In this document: one piece after another, positions 19,870 to 30,141 of the stretch
Numbering within the stretch: the first letter of the stretch is position 1
Layout of the letters: each line of letters starts with the position of its first letter
Origin: an uncultured bacterium
Lineage (GTDB): Bacteria; Chloroflexota; UBA5177; JANWHV01
Length of the DNA: 64,000 nucleotides
Direction: 5' to 3'
NCBI GenBank assembly: GCA_963729625.1
Contig: CAVSOU010000010.1
Location: 192,001-256,000 of the forward strand
Program-made: the position numbers and the translations under genes
The notes under the pieces: model-generated
What the model saw: only the letters and a program-made list of their open reading frames with translations
Told to the model about the DNA's origin: nothing
Databases searched by the model: none

Positions 19870-20139
19870 ATGGAGCACATGCGCGACAGTCAGTGGACGC
19901 AGATTCGGTCGACGACGTCGCTGATTGAGGCGGACATGTTACGGGACCTCTTGCAGCGCGAAGGAATCAGTGGCCTCGTTCAGCCGTGCGATTCCTCGGC
20001 GTACCTGGGCGCGATGAGCCCGTGCAACTTACTGGTTAAGGCAGGAGACGCCGAGCGCGCGATGGAATTCCTCGACGACCTTCAGATGAGTGAACAGGAC
20101 CTAGAGTCGATCGATTACGAGGACGATGGCGAGGCGTAA
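19870..20139 (+). CDS. DUF2007-type putative signal-transducing protein
   Basis: W......EADMLRDLLQREGI...LLVKAGDAERAMEFL pattern. Confidence 0.75.
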   Translation: MEHMRDSQWTQIRSTTSLIEADMLRDLLQREGISGLVQPCDSSAYLGAMSPCNLLVKAGDAERAMEFLDDLQMSEQDLESIDYEDDGEA

Positions 20140-20302
20140 GCGCGTCCCCTCGTGCGGAATGCCGTTGGGTTCGGGGTGTCTCGGAGCGCTGAACATTGTC
20201 GTGGAGGCGTCGTGCGATGCACCGTGCGGTGGGCGCACGGATGTGCTGGCACCGACGCGGTGCCGGCGGGGATGCGGTGTGATTGACTAGAGTGAGTCTC
20301 TG

Positions 20303-21250
20303 ATGGATCTGTTTCGTCGACGACCCCGTAACCTGAGCCTTCCTGCGAACGAGCAAGGCCAACAGGAGACGCCTGACAACCTCTGGATTCGCTGTCCCGC
20401 GTGTAACGAGCAGATATACGAGCGCGAGTATCAGGATAATCTTCGCGTCTGCCCCAAGTGTCGCCATCACTTTCGACTCTCCCTTGCCGAGCGCATCGAG
20501 ACGCTGCTGGATACCGGCAGCTTCGAGGAGTGTGACTCAAACCTGCGCGGCACTGATCCGCTCGACTTCCTGGCCGAAGGCGAGTCCTATGCCGACAAGC
20601 TGCGCGAGACTGAGGAAAAGGCCGGCACGCCTGAGGCTGCTGTCTCGGGCCTGGCGACTATTGAGGGTGTTCGTGTCGTCGTGGTGATCAACAACTTCGC
20701 GTTCCTTGCCGGTTCGCTGGGCGTCGCCGTGGGAGAGAAGATCGTGCGAGCGATCGACGTCGCCGTGGCTCGACGGCTGCCCTTGTTGATCGTCTCCGCG
20801 AGCGGCGGTGCCCGGCAGCACGAAGGTGTTTTCGGGCTGCTCCAGATGGCCAAGACTGCTGCCGCGCTTGCAAGGCTCGCAAGAGTCCAGATGCCCTACA
20901 TCTCGCTTATCACCGACCCTACAATCGGCGGCGTACCGGCGAGCTACGCCATGCTTGGCGACGTGACGATTGCCGAGCCGGGTGCATATGTCGGCTTCGC
21001 CGGGCCGCGTGTCATGGAGAAGACGATTCGCCAGAAGCTGCCGCCCGGCATGGCCTCTTCGGAATCGATGTTGGCTCATGGCATGATTGACATGGTTTGC
21101 TCGCGTTCGGAGTTGCGGAGTACCATCGCGCGATTGGTGCGCCTGCTTACCGCTGCCGGTTATACGCGGACCTCCCGAAGCGGCGGAGGCTTGGAGATGC
21201 CATCGTGGATCGCGGTCACGAGAAGCGAGGGAGTCCGAGTTGACGATTGA
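20303..21250 (+). CDS. accD: Acetyl-CoA carboxylase carboxyltransferase beta subunit
   Basis: LWIRCPAC...VCPKC Zn finger, SGGARQHEG, QMAKT, GFAGPRV. Confidence 0.96.
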   Translation: MDLFRRRPRNLSLPANEQGQQETPDNLWIRCPACNEQIYEREYQDNLRVCPKCRHHFRLSLAERIETLLDTGSFEECDSNLRGTDPLDFLAEGESYADKLRETEEKAGTPEAAVSGLATIEGVRVVVVINNFAFLAGSLGVAVGEKIVRAIDVAVARRLPLLIVSASGGARQHEGVFGLLQMAKTAAALARLARVQMPYISLITDPTIGGVPASYAMLGDVTIAEPGAYVGFAGPRVMEKTIRQKLPPGMASSESMLAHGMIDMVCSRSELRSTIARLVRLLTAAGYTRTSRSGGGLEMPSWIAVTRSEGVRVDD

Positions 21251-22229
21251 CCTCGATTTCGAGGCGCCTCTGGCCGAGCTGGCCGCCGAGCTTGAGAAGG
21301 CCAAGGCATCCGTGGAGAACGGCGAGGGCTCGGCGCAGAAGGTGATCGACCTTCAGGGCCAGATCGATAAGATACTGCTGAACCTGTATGCCAACCTGAG
21401 CCCCTGGCAGAAGGTGCAGGTTGCGCGCCACCCACAGCGGCCCCTCTCACTTGATTACTTGCGCTTGACGTTCACGGACTTCACGGAGCTTCACGGAGAC
21501 CGGCGGTTTGGGGACGATCAGGCGATCGTCGGCGGCCCAGCCTTCCTCGACGGCACGTCTGTCATGGTGGTGGGACAGCAACGCGGTCACGACACGCGCG
21601 AGAACAGCAAGCGTAATTTTGGCATGCCGGGGCCGGAAGGTTACCGGAAGGCGCAGCGCCTCTTCAGGCTGGCGGAGAAGCTCGGTCTGCCACTGATCAC
21701 GTTGATCGACACGCCTGGCGCCAACGTCGGCGTGGCCGACGAGGAACGCGGACAGGTGGAAGCGATAGCAAGCTCGATCGCGGAGATGTATGCGCTGAAA
21801 GTGCCAACAGTAGCGGTTATCATTGGCCAGGGCAACAGCGGCGGCGCATTGGCTATTGGCGTGGCTGACCGCCTGCTAATGCTGGAGCACAGCACCTATT
21901 CGGTCGCGTCCCCGGAAGCGGCGGCGTCGATCATGTGGCGTAGCTCGCAGCGTGCCGCCGAGGCCGCGGAAATCATGCGCATCACGGCACAGGACATTCT
22001 GGCGTTCGGCATTGCCGATTCCGTCATTCCCGAACCAGTCGGCGGGGCGCATCGCGATCCAACGGGCATGGCACTGCGCTTGCACGACGCGCTTGTCCCG
22101 GTCGTCCATGAGCTGCTGGGATTGGGTATCTCCGAGTTGCTCGAGGCCCGATTCCACCGCTACCGCAATATCGGCTCAGCCTACGTGCTGGGCGACGCAC
22201 CAATGGCCGAGTCGCGCGCCGCGAGATAG
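21240..22229 (+). CDS. accA: Acetyl-CoA carboxylase carboxyltransferase alpha subunit
   Basis: LDFE.P, ARHPQRP, ELHGDR, NFGMP.PEGYRK, SGGAL, EPVGGAHRD. Confidence 0.96.
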   Translation: MTIDLDFEAPLAELAAELEKAKASVENGEGSAQKVIDLQGQIDKILLNLYANLSPWQKVQVARHPQRPLSLDYLRLTFTDFTELHGDRRFGDDQAIVGGPAFLDGTSVMVVGQQRGHDTRENSKRNFGMPGPEGYRKAQRLFRLAEKLGLPLITLIDTPGANVGVADEERGQVEAIASSIAEMYALKVPTVAVIIGQGNSGGALAIGVADRLLMLEHSTYSVASPEAAASIMWRSSQRAAEAAEIMRITAQDILAFGIADSVIPEPVGGAHRDPTGMALRLHDALVPVVHELLGLGISELLEARFHRYRNIGSAYVLGDAPMAESRAAR

Positions 22230-22282
22230 AACTGGCAGCCTCGCAGCCTCCCCGGAGGGCGAGCAAGCCGCGCGTGATTTCT

Positions 22283-23230
22283 CTAGCTCAACCGGCGCAA
22301 TCGGTCCAGCACTGCGGCGAGATCGCCCGGCAACGGCGATATAAACTCCATTTCCACTCCCGTGCCTGGATGAACGAATCGCAGGAGCGATGCGTGCAGG
22401 AATTGGCGCGTCAGGGGCAGTCCCTTGATCGGTCTGCCGTACACCGGGTCGGAGACAATAGGGTGACCAAGGGCACTGAAATGCACACGAATCTGGTGCA
22501 TGCGACCGGTGTCGAGTCGAACTCTGACGAGCGAGTAGTGCGAAAATGACTCTTCCGTCCAATACGTCGTGCGCGCCTCGCGTCCGCCTTGTCCCACCAC
22601 GGCCATGCGCTGCCGGTGGCGGGGATCCCGGCCGATGTCCGCCGATATCGTGCCCGAGCTGGGCTCAAGCGCGCCGATCACGAGCGCCAGGTACTCTTTA
22701 TGCACCTGCCTGTTCTTGAAGGCGCGCGCGAGCGCTGAGACCGCGGCGGGCGTACGCGCGACCACCATCACGCCGGACGTATCCTTGTCAAGTCTATGTA
22801 CGATTCCAGGCCTTGCCGGATCGCCAGGAAGGCTCGCGTATCTGCCGAGAAGGGCGTTTACAAGCGTGCCGGTCTCGTTGCCCGGCGCGGGATGCACGAC
22901 CATGCCTGCAGGCTTGTCGACGACGACAAGGGTATCGTCTTCGAACACGATCTGCAGGGAGATGTCTTCAGCCTCAGCCTCCGGCGGACGAGGGACGGGA
23001 AGCGTAACCTCGATATGGGCCCCCTCGACCGGGCGACTGGCCGGTTTGCATTTCCGACCGTTGATGAGCACAAGGCCACGTGCAATCAAGTCGGCCGCGG
23101 TCGCGCGCGACATCTCGGGCAGCATCATCGGCATGAGCCGGTCCAGCCGTTTACCCGCGTGAACCTCCGGCACCAGCAGCGTGATCCGCTCACTCAACGC
23201 GCGACCCCTTGCCGCAGCCTTCGCGTTCAT
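22283..23230 (-). CDS. RluA/RluD-family pseudouridine synthase
   Basis: S4-like RLD.., VDKPAGMVVHP, HRLDKDTSG, TGRMHQIRVH. Confidence 0.93.
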   Translation of the reverse strand: MNAKAAARGRALSERITLLVPEVHAGKRLDRLMPMMLPEMSRATAADLIARGLVLINGRKCKPASRPVEGAHIEVTLPVPRPPEAEAEDISLQIVFEDDTLVVVDKPAGMVVHPAPGNETGTLVNALLGRYASLPGDPARPGIVHRLDKDTSGVMVVARTPAAVSALARAFKNRQVHKEYLALVIGALEPSSGTISADIGRDPRHRQRMAVVGQGGREARTTYWTEESFSHYSLVRVRLDTGRMHQIRVHFSALGHPIVSDPVYGRPIKGLPLTRQFLHASLLRFVHPGTGVEMEFISPLPGDLAAVLDRLRRLS

Positions 23231-23280
23231 CGTGGCCACCTCGCACCAAACCGGCCCAACATGCCCCTCCTGCGCGCCAA

Positions 23281-23778
23281 TCAAGGCCTTCCCCGAGGTT
23301 GCGGGGAACGCGGCGCATCCTGACCCAACCACACCCACGCGAGCAGGCAGGCGCCAGAGACGATCGCGAGGTCGGCAAGGTTGAAGACAGGCAACGGCCG
23401 AATATACACGAAGTCAACGACATAGTTGTATCGCACTCGGTCTACCATGTTTCCCGCTGCCCCGCCCATCTGCAGGCCGAGGCTGCACAATGTCGTGGTT
23501 CTCCGTGCAGGAAACAGCGCCATGCTGAGCAGCATCACGCACACCACGACCGCCGCTACCACCACGAAGAGTGCGTCGCTGCCTGCCAACACGCCAAACG
23601 CCGCACCATGGTTGACGGTATAGAGCAGGCTGATCCAGCCACCGAGAACAGATGGATTGGGCTGCGATGCGCCGCCGAGGCTCACGCGCGCCCAGTGCTT
23701 CACCACCTGATCGGCGATGAGCACGCCGAAGCCAATGAACAGTGGAAACGCGGCTCTCGCCGCCGGGCTTTTCATCAA
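23281..23778 (-). CDS. lspA: Lipoprotein signal peptidase II
   Basis: DQVVK, NHGAAFG, GNMVDR, VVDF, FNLAD; upstream of rluA. Confidence 0.93.
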   Translation of the reverse strand: MMKSPAARAAFPLFIGFGVLIADQVVKHWARVSLGGASQPNPSVLGGWISLLYTVNHGAAFGVLAGSDALFVVVAAVVVCVMLLSMALFPARRTTTLCSLGLQMGGAAGNMVDRVRYNYVVDFVYIRPLPVFNLADLAIVSGACLLAWVWLGQDAPRSPQPRGRP

Positions 23779-23885
23779 GCCAGGTTGTCTCGCATGTGAC
23801 CTAACGCTGAGGCAGACGTGTCGCGCGGAGATGGGGCCGCCATCGGCCTTCCGGAGCGGCCACCTGCGGCTTCGGCGAGACGCGA

Positions 23886-24995
23886 CTAGCTGTCTTTCGC
23901 CAGTGTAGCAATTTGCAGAATATCCGCGAACACCGCGCCCGCAGTGACCTCGCGACCAGCTCCAGGTCCCATCACGATGAGTGTACGCTCAGAGTACCGC
24001 GCCGTGCGGAAACTCACCATGTTGTCCGTGCCGCGGAGCCGGCCGAGCGGCGTCGCCTGAGGGACCGGGACGAGGCCGACGCGCGACGCGCCGGGCTTGA
24101 TCTCCGCGAGGTATCGAAGTACCAGCCCCTGCTCATCCGCCGCCTGCTGGCGCGCGCGCATCGTTTCATCGATCGACGACAGACCTTCCAGGAACGCGTC
24201 GAGGCTTGTGCCCATCAGATGGTCGGGAACCAGGCTTTCGCTCCTGATCTCACCCAGTTCGGCGCGCGTGCCGATCATGCGCGTCAGGATCAACGCCTTG
24301 CGAGCCACGTCGAGTCCGCACAAATCGTCGCGCGGGTCAGGCTCAGTAATTCCTAGGACCCGTGCCGCCCTGACGGCGTCCGAGAATGATTGCCCATCCT
24401 CAAGCGCGGTGCAGAGATAGTTCAGAGTTCCGCTCAGACATGCGTCGATAGATACGATTTCATCGCCTGTGTCGACCAAGCTTTGCAGCGTGGCGATGAC
24501 AGGAAGACCCGCACCCACGGTCGCCTCGTGACGTATGGAGCGTCCAAGCTTCCTGGCGGACGTGAGGCTGTACCAGATGCCCATGTCGGCGGATAGCGGG
24601 CGCTTGTTGGCCATCACGACGTCGTAGCCGTGCTTGACCGATTCCACCAGCACGTCGGCGGTATGGTCCGAGGCAGTCAAGTCGACGATAATCCCGCCCG
24701 TATATCCACGCTCGCGCAAGGACATTATCACGCCTAGCTGGTCGTCCTCAGGGGCCCTTCGATACCGGGCAGCGCCCGACATCCCTTGCTCGCACACGGC
24801 TACAAGCGTCTCGCCATCGAGGCAAGGTTCTCCAACCAGCATCGTGTGCGCCTCGGCAACCGCAATGACAGGAAGCTCGAGTGCGTAATGAAGTCGCAGA
24901 TGATTCCTCTGCTGAAGCAGCTGTCGAAGGAGCGCCTTCCCGATCCCTCCGGCGCCAAGTATGACGAGAGGCACACGGCGTAGTCCATTGGGCAA
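23886..24995 (-). CDS. hom: Stand-alone homoserine dehydrogenase
   Basis: GAGGIG, ANKRP, EATVGAGLP, SGTLNY, EPDPRDDL.G.D.ARK, GPGAG..TA. Confidence 0.9.
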   Translation of the reverse strand: MPNGLRRVPLVILGAGGIGKALLRQLLQQRNHLRLHYALELPVIAVAEAHTMLVGEPCLDGETLVAVCEQGMSGAARYRRAPEDDQLGVIMSLRERGYTGGIIVDLTASDHTADVLVESVKHGYDVVMANKRPLSADMGIWYSLTSARKLGRSIRHEATVGAGLPVIATLQSLVDTGDEIVSIDACLSGTLNYLCTALEDGQSFSDAVRAARVLGITEPDPRDDLCGLDVARKALILTRMIGTRAELGEIRSESLVPDHLMGTSLDAFLEGLSSIDETMRARQQAADEQGLVLRYLAEIKPGASRVGLVPVPQATPLGRLRGTDNMVSFRTARYSERTLIVMGPGAGREVTAGAVFADILQIATLAKDS

Positions 24996-25020
24996 GCTGC
25001 ACCTCCTCCGATTCGGTATT

Positions 25021-25049
25021 TTGACACGCAGTGTGCGGCGGTGTAAACT
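25021..25049 (+). promoter_or_regulatory. sigma70 promoter of the trp leader
   Basis: TTGACA-17 nt-TAAACT. Confidence 0.7.
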
Positions 25050-25075
25050 GCGGGCACTGGGTAGTATAACGGCTT

Positions 25076-25348
25076 GTCGCAGGATAAGTACTACTCGCGA
25101 GGACCTTCAGAGAGCCGACGCTGCTGCGAGTCGGTGGTCCCGCGGATGGGAATGGACCTGCGGGCTGGTCGCTCAATGCATCTGCAATAAGGCGATCCGC
25201 TGCACCTGCGTTACAGGGTGCTCGGTCCACAAAGTCGGCGCGCTCGCGACCGGCTCAGGTCGAGTTGAGGAGAACTGTCGTTCTCGAAGTCTGGGTGGCA
25301 CCACGGGTAGGCCCCTCGTCCCGGCGGACGTTGGGGCTGTTTGTTTTC
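25076..25348 (+). ncRNA. Trp T-box riboswitch (transcriptional attenuator)
   Basis: Stem I with AGTA, AG box CAGAGAGC and GCTG loop; specifier GAA-TGG-A (UGG, 25153-25155); T-box AAGTCTGGGTGGCACCACGG (25287-25306); terminator hairpin 25311-25338 plus T-rich tail; precedes trpE. Confidence 0.93.
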
Positions 25349-25362
25349 TGGGGGTGGTGTGC

Positions 25363-26862
25363 ATGCCTTATTCACCGTCGCTCGACGCGATCCGAGCTAG
25401 GATCCAGGAAGAGGGGCGCGTGCCTATCTTTCGTGAGCTGCTCGCAGATCTCGACACCCCGGTTTCCGCCTATTTGAAAGTTGCCGGCACAGGCCGCGGC
25501 TTCTTGCTCGAGAGCGTCGAGAACGGAGAACGCTCTTCGCGATACAGCTTCCTCGGCGGGGAGCCTCGCGTGACCTTAACCTACCAGGACGGTGTCGCGC
25601 AGCTCGAACGCGAAGGGCAACCAAGCCTGCTGTGGGACTGCCGCGACCCGCTCGTCGCGCTGAAGGATATGTTGGGCACTGCTCGGCAGCGTAGCGACAC
25701 GCTGCCGCCGTTCTGTGGGGGGGCCGTCGGTTACCTTGGCTACGAGATCGCCGCGTGCTTCGAACGACTGCCGGTCGGCGATCGCGTCCCTCCTCTGGTA
25801 CCGGACGCGCTCTTCATGCTTGCCGATCCCGTCGTTGTGTTTGATCACGTGTTGCGCACCGTCAAGGTGATCACTACGGTTTCGCGGGAAGACGCGCCTG
25901 TCATCGACGAGGCGTATGCTGCCGCGATACGCAGAATCGACGCCGTGTGCGCAAAGCTTGCGCAGCCCACGGTACCCCCAAGGCTCCAAGCGCCCACCCA
26001 TGAGGCGTCCGCGAAACCGGTCAGCAATGTCGGGCAGGATCGCCACGAGCAGGCGGTCCGGCGCGCCATTGAGTACATACACGCCGGCGACGCCATCCAG
26101 GTCGTCTTGTCGCAGCGTCTTGCCAAGCCGACGACTACGGATAGCTTCACGCTGTATCGGGCCCTGCGCACGGTCAGTCCATCGCCATACATGGTGTACC
26201 TCAACTTCGGGGGCTTTTCGCTTGTGAGCGCATCAGTGGAAACGCTCCTCAAAGTGCAAGGTGACCGTCTCTACTACCACCCAATCGCCGGAACACGCCG
26301 CCGAGGCGTGAACCCTGAGGAGGACCTGGCTCTCGAGAATGAGCTTCGAGGTGACGTAAAGGAGCGCGCTGAGCATGTGATGCTGGTCGACCTTGGCAGA
26401 AACGACCTTGGCCGCGTTGCGGAAACAGGATCCGTGCATGTCAGCGAGCTCATGGCGATCGAACGCTTCTCGCACGTGATGCACATGGTCTCCACGATCG
26501 AGGCACGGCTCCTCCCAGGACTGCACGGCTTTGACGCCCTTCGCTCGGCATTCCCAGCCGGTACCGTGTCCGGCGCGCCGAAGATACGCGCAATGGAGAT
26601 CATCGCTGAGCTCGAGCCGCACAGGCGAGGGCCCTACGCCGGGTCGGCGGGCTACTTCGACTACAGTGGCGACCTCGATACCGCCATCACGATCAGAACC
26701 GCGCTCGTGCATGAGGGCACCGTCTATGTCCAGGCGGGCGGCGGCATAGTGGCCGATTCACATCCGGCCGACGAATGGAACGAGACCATGCACAAAGCCG
26801 GAGGAATGCTCCGCGCGGTCGAAGCCGCCGAGCGCCTGGCCGAGGTGCAGGCATATGTGTAA
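25363..26862 (+). CDS. trpE: Anthranilate synthase component I
   Basis: DTPVSAY, LLESVE, QVVLSQR, PIAGTRRRG, EHVMLVDLGRND, PAGTVSGAPK. Confidence 0.96.
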   Translation: MPYSPSLDAIRARIQEEGRVPIFRELLADLDTPVSAYLKVAGTGRGFLLESVENGERSSRYSFLGGEPRVTLTYQDGVAQLEREGQPSLLWDCRDPLVALKDMLGTARQRSDTLPPFCGGAVGYLGYEIAACFERLPVGDRVPPLVPDALFMLADPVVVFDHVLRTVKVITTVSREDAPVIDEAYAAAIRRIDAVCAKLAQPTVPPRLQAPTHEASAKPVSNVGQDRHEQAVRRAIEYIHAGDAIQVVLSQRLAKPTTTDSFTLYRALRTVSPSPYMVYLNFGGFSLVSASVETLLKVQGDRLYYHPIAGTRRRGVNPEEDLALENELRGDVKERAEHVMLVDLGRNDLGRVAETGSVHVSELMAIERFSHVMHMVSTIEARLLPGLHGFDALRSAFPAGTVSGAPKIRAMEIIAELEPHRRGPYAGSAGYFDYSGDLDTAITIRTALVHEGTVYVQAGGGIVADSHPADEWNETMHKAGGMLRAVEAAERLAEVQAYV

Positions 26863-26919
26863 CGAGGCCAGAGCACACAGTCAGCTACCAAGAGGGCTCG
26901 AATTCGGAGGGCGACTCCC

Positions 26920-27561
26920 ATGCGCATTCTGATGATTGACAACTTCGACAGCTTCACGTACAACCTCGTGCAATACCTTCGAGAGCTTGGCGCAGTCGTC
27001 GATGTCGTGCGCAACGACGTGGAGGCACCGCTTTCTGACCTTCTGGCCAACGTCGACGGGATCGTGGTGTCACCTGGTCCATGCGATCCCGCACACGCCG
27101 GAAACTCTATCGCCGCATTCCGCTATGTGGCGTCCGACCAAGGAGCGCACATCCCTGCCCTGGGTGTTTGCCTTGGACACCAGGCTCTCGCCGCGGCGTT
27201 TGGCGGAAGCGTGGTACGCGCCGCCGCGCCGATGCATGGCAAGACATCACTGGTGTGGCACGACGACTCGCCGCCGTTTGGAGGCACGCCGTCACCCACG
27301 GAGGTGATGCGCTACCACTCGCTGATCGTCTCTCCACACGATCTTCCTGCTTGCCTCCGCGTAACCGCACGCACGAGCGACGGCACGGTCATGGGCATCG
27401 CGCATCGAACTCGGACCATGTATGGCGTGCAGTTCCACCCAGAGTCGATCCTCACGGGCGATGGAAAGGTGATGCTTGGTTCGTTTCTCTCCGTCGTGGC
27501 CAGCGCGATCACAAAGCATGGAACGCACGTATCGGGTCGGAGTATGGGAGCAGCTCGATGA
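26920..27561 (+). CDS. trpG: Anthranilate synthase component II
   Basis: IDNFDSFTYNL, SPGP, GVCLGHQ, RYHSL, QFHPES. Confidence 0.95.
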   Translation: MRILMIDNFDSFTYNLVQYLRELGAVVDVVRNDVEAPLSDLLANVDGIVVSPGPCDPAHAGNSIAAFRYVASDQGAHIPALGVCLGHQALAAAFGGSVVRAAAPMHGKTSLVWHDDSPPFGGTPSPTEVMRYHSLIVSPHDLPACLRVTARTSDGTVMGIAHRTRTMYGVQFHPESILTGDGKVMLGSFLSVVASAITKHGTHVSGRSMGAAR

Positions 27562-28586
27562 TCAGGGGTTTCATCGCACGAGTGGTTTCGGGTCACGACC
27601 TCACCGAGGCGGAGTCCAGGCTCGCCATGCAGGCAATTATGGATGAGGAGGTCACTCCGGCGCAATTCGCGGCGCTCGTGACCGCGATGCGAATCAAGGG
27701 CGAGTGCCTCGACGAGATCGTCGGATTTGCGTCGGTCATGCGAGACCGCGCCGTGCCCGTGCGGTCCGACGGGATCGGTATGGTGATCGACACATGCGGA
27801 ACCGGTGGCGACGGGATCGGGTCATTCAACGTATCGACCGCCGCCGCGATCGTGGTCGCGGCGGCCGGCTGCGCGGTAGCAAAACACGGAAATCGCGCTG
27901 CCAGCAGCAAGTGCGGGAGCGCCGACGTTCTAGAAGCGCTGGGCGTGCACATCGCGGCAACGCCTGAGCAGGCGACTTCCGGGCTGGAACGAATGGGAAT
28001 CGCATTTCTGCTTGCACCGCTGTACCATCCGGCAACGCGGTTCGCGGTTGGCCCGCGCCGGGAAATCGGCATTCGAACGGTGTTCAACATACTTGGACCG
28101 TTGACGAATCCGGCGCGCGTGAAGGCTCAGGTTCTCGGGGTCGCCGAAGGTTCCCTGGCACCGATGATGGCAGGGGTGCTCCAGCGGCTGGGGTCCAGGC
28201 ATGCACTTGTCGTTTCCGGCGCGGACGGCCTTGACGAGCTCAGCATCAGTGGTCCGACCTCAGTCACCGAGCTGAACGGCGGAACCGTGCGGACCTATGA
28301 GGTTGCTCCGGAGGACGTGGGGTTAAAGCGCGCGCCACTTAACGAGATCCTTGGCGGGACTGCGATGGAGAACGCCGCTATCCTTCGAGACGTCCTCGGC
28401 CGGCCCCGTCCCGGTGCGAGGAGGGATATTGTGGCGCTGAATGCGGCGGCAGGCTTGGTTGTGAGCGAGATGGCCGGGGACCTTTCCCACGGCGTCCGGC
28501 TGGCAATCGAGACGATCGAGTCGGGCAAGGCGTTCGACAAGCTCGAGAAATGGGTGCGCTTCACGCAATGGCAAGCAGCTTCCTAG
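27558..28586 (+). CDS. trpD: Anthranilate phosphoribosyltransferase
   Basis: DTCGTGGDG, KHGNR, RTVFNILGPLTNP, GLDE. Confidence 0.96.
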   Translation: MIRGFIARVVSGHDLTEAESRLAMQAIMDEEVTPAQFAALVTAMRIKGECLDEIVGFASVMRDRAVPVRSDGIGMVIDTCGTGGDGIGSFNVSTAAAIVVAAAGCAVAKHGNRAASSKCGSADVLEALGVHIAATPEQATSGLERMGIAFLLAPLYHPATRFAVGPRREIGIRTVFNILGPLTNPARVKAQVLGVAEGSLAPMMAGVLQRLGSRHALVVSGADGLDELSISGPTSVTELNGGTVRTYEVAPEDVGLKRAPLNEILGGTAMENAAILRDVLGRPRPGARRDIVALNAAAGLVVSEMAGDLSHGVRLAIETIESGKAFDKLEKWVRFTQWQAAS

Positions 28587-29353
28587 AGCGGATCATCACC
28601 GAAAAGACGCGAGAAGTGGCAGCGCGTAAGATCGAATGTCCGTGCGAAACCCTGCGCGAGCGGTGCCGGCAGCAGCCGGCGGCCCTCGACGCCCTGCGCG
28701 CGCTGCGCACGGACGGCCTCGCCGTCATTGCCGAAGTCAAGCGAGGCTCCCCCAGCAAGGGCATGTTTCGCGCCGATCTCGACGCGGCGGCATGTGCCGC
28801 CGCCTATGTGGATGCCGGCGCCGCGGTCGTTTCCGTGTTGACGGACATGCCGAACTTCGGCGGCTCACTCGAAGACCTCGGTCAGGCCCGCCAGCGCACT
28901 CGCGTGCCGCTGCTACGAAAAGACTTCATAATCGACGAGTACCAGTTGCTCGAGGCGCGGGCCTATGGCGCGGATGCCATTCTGCTGATTGTCGCCTCGC
29001 TTGATTATGGGCGGCTCGAGGTCCTCTTCGCGGCGAGCCTCGCACTTGGCTTGACTCCGCTGGTCGAGATCAACTCGGAGATCGAGGCCGCCGAGGCGCG
29101 CCGGCTGCGGGCGCCTTTGGTCGGCATCAATAACCGCGACCTGCACACTTTTACGGTCGACCTGACGACGACGGCCCGTTTGCGCCCACTTCTTCCGCCC
29201 GGTGTCGTCGTTGCCGCGCTGAGCGGCATCGGGTCAGCGCGAGAAGCGAGGCTGATGCGGGACGCCGGCGCCGACGCCGTGCTGGTCGGCGAGGCGCTCG
29301 TGCGGGCACAGGATCCATCCGCTCTCATCGCCGCGATGCGGAGCATTCAATGA
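28568..29353 (+). CDS. trpC: Indole-3-glycerol phosphate synthase
   Basis: IAEVKRGSPSKG, LRKDFI, GINNRDL. Confidence 0.96.
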   Translation: MASSFLERIITEKTREVAARKIECPCETLRERCRQQPAALDALRALRTDGLAVIAEVKRGSPSKGMFRADLDAAACAAAYVDAGAAVVSVLTDMPNFGGSLEDLGQARQRTRVPLLRKDFIIDEYQLLEARAYGADAILLIVASLDYGRLEVLFAASLALGLTPLVEINSEIEAAEARRLRAPLVGINNRDLHTFTVDLTTTARLRPLLPPGVVVAALSGIGSAREARLMRDAGADAVLVGEALVRAQDPSALIAAMRSIQ

Positions 29354-30069
29354 CTGCCGTGCTCCACGCGCGACCCGATGGCACGCCACTGGTGAAGATC
29401 TGCGGCCTGCGGCGGGCACAAGACGTCGATGCTGCCATCGACGCCGGTGCCGATCTCGTCGGCATCGTGTTCGCCCCAAGCAGGCGGCGAATGACTTCCG
29501 AGTCCGCTCGAGCGCTGGTCGACGCCGTCGCAGCCAGGCTCCCTGTGGTCGGAGTGTTCGTCGACTCTTCGCCCGCCGACGTTGCGCGGATTGCCGGTGC
29601 GACTGGCATTGACATCGCGCAGCTGAGCGGGTCCGAAGACCCGAGTGACTTCACTGCGATTGGTTTACCCGTCATCAAGACCGCGCATACCGGACGAGGG
29701 GGACCAATGGACCAGCAGTCAGTTGCAACGGCATGGCAGCGCTCCGTCGCGGCCTTTATCGTCGATGCATGGTCTCAGCAGGGCGGCGGAAGCGGAGCTT
29801 TGGCGGACTGGAGTGCGGCACGAACGCTCATCGCCAGCATGGACTGCCCAGTTATCCTGGCGGGAGGCCTCAGTCCGGAGAACGCCAAGGAGGCGGTGCT
29901 CGCGACACGCCCGTTTGGCGTGGACGTGAGCAGCGGGGTGGAGCGTGATGGCTTCAAGGATGCGGAGCGTATCCGCCAGTTCGTTCGAGCTGTGCGAACT
30001 GCCGGCGTCCGTTCCAGGACCGACTCCACAACGATCCCTGAAGGTCCAGGTCCAGATGCAACATCGTAG
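29350..30069 (+). CDS. trpF: Phosphoribosylanthranilate isomerase
   Basis: VKICGL, LAGGLSPEN, GVDVSSGVE. Confidence 0.95.
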   Translation: MTAVLHARPDGTPLVKICGLRRAQDVDAAIDAGADLVGIVFAPSRRRMTSESARALVDAVAARLPVVGVFVDSSPADVARIAGATGIDIAQLSGSEDPSDFTAIGLPVIKTAHTGRGGPMDQQSVATAWQRSVAAFIVDAWSQQGGGSGALADWSAARTLIASMDCPVILAGGLSPENAKEAVLATRPFGVDVSSGVERDGFKDAERIRQFVRAVRTAGVRSRTDSTTIPEGPGPDATS

Positions 30070-30141
30070 CAAAGTGCCCGAGAGCGGCGTCGCCGCTCGA
30101 CTCGATGGAACCGGCTGGGCCGGAAGTACGAGAGGACAAAC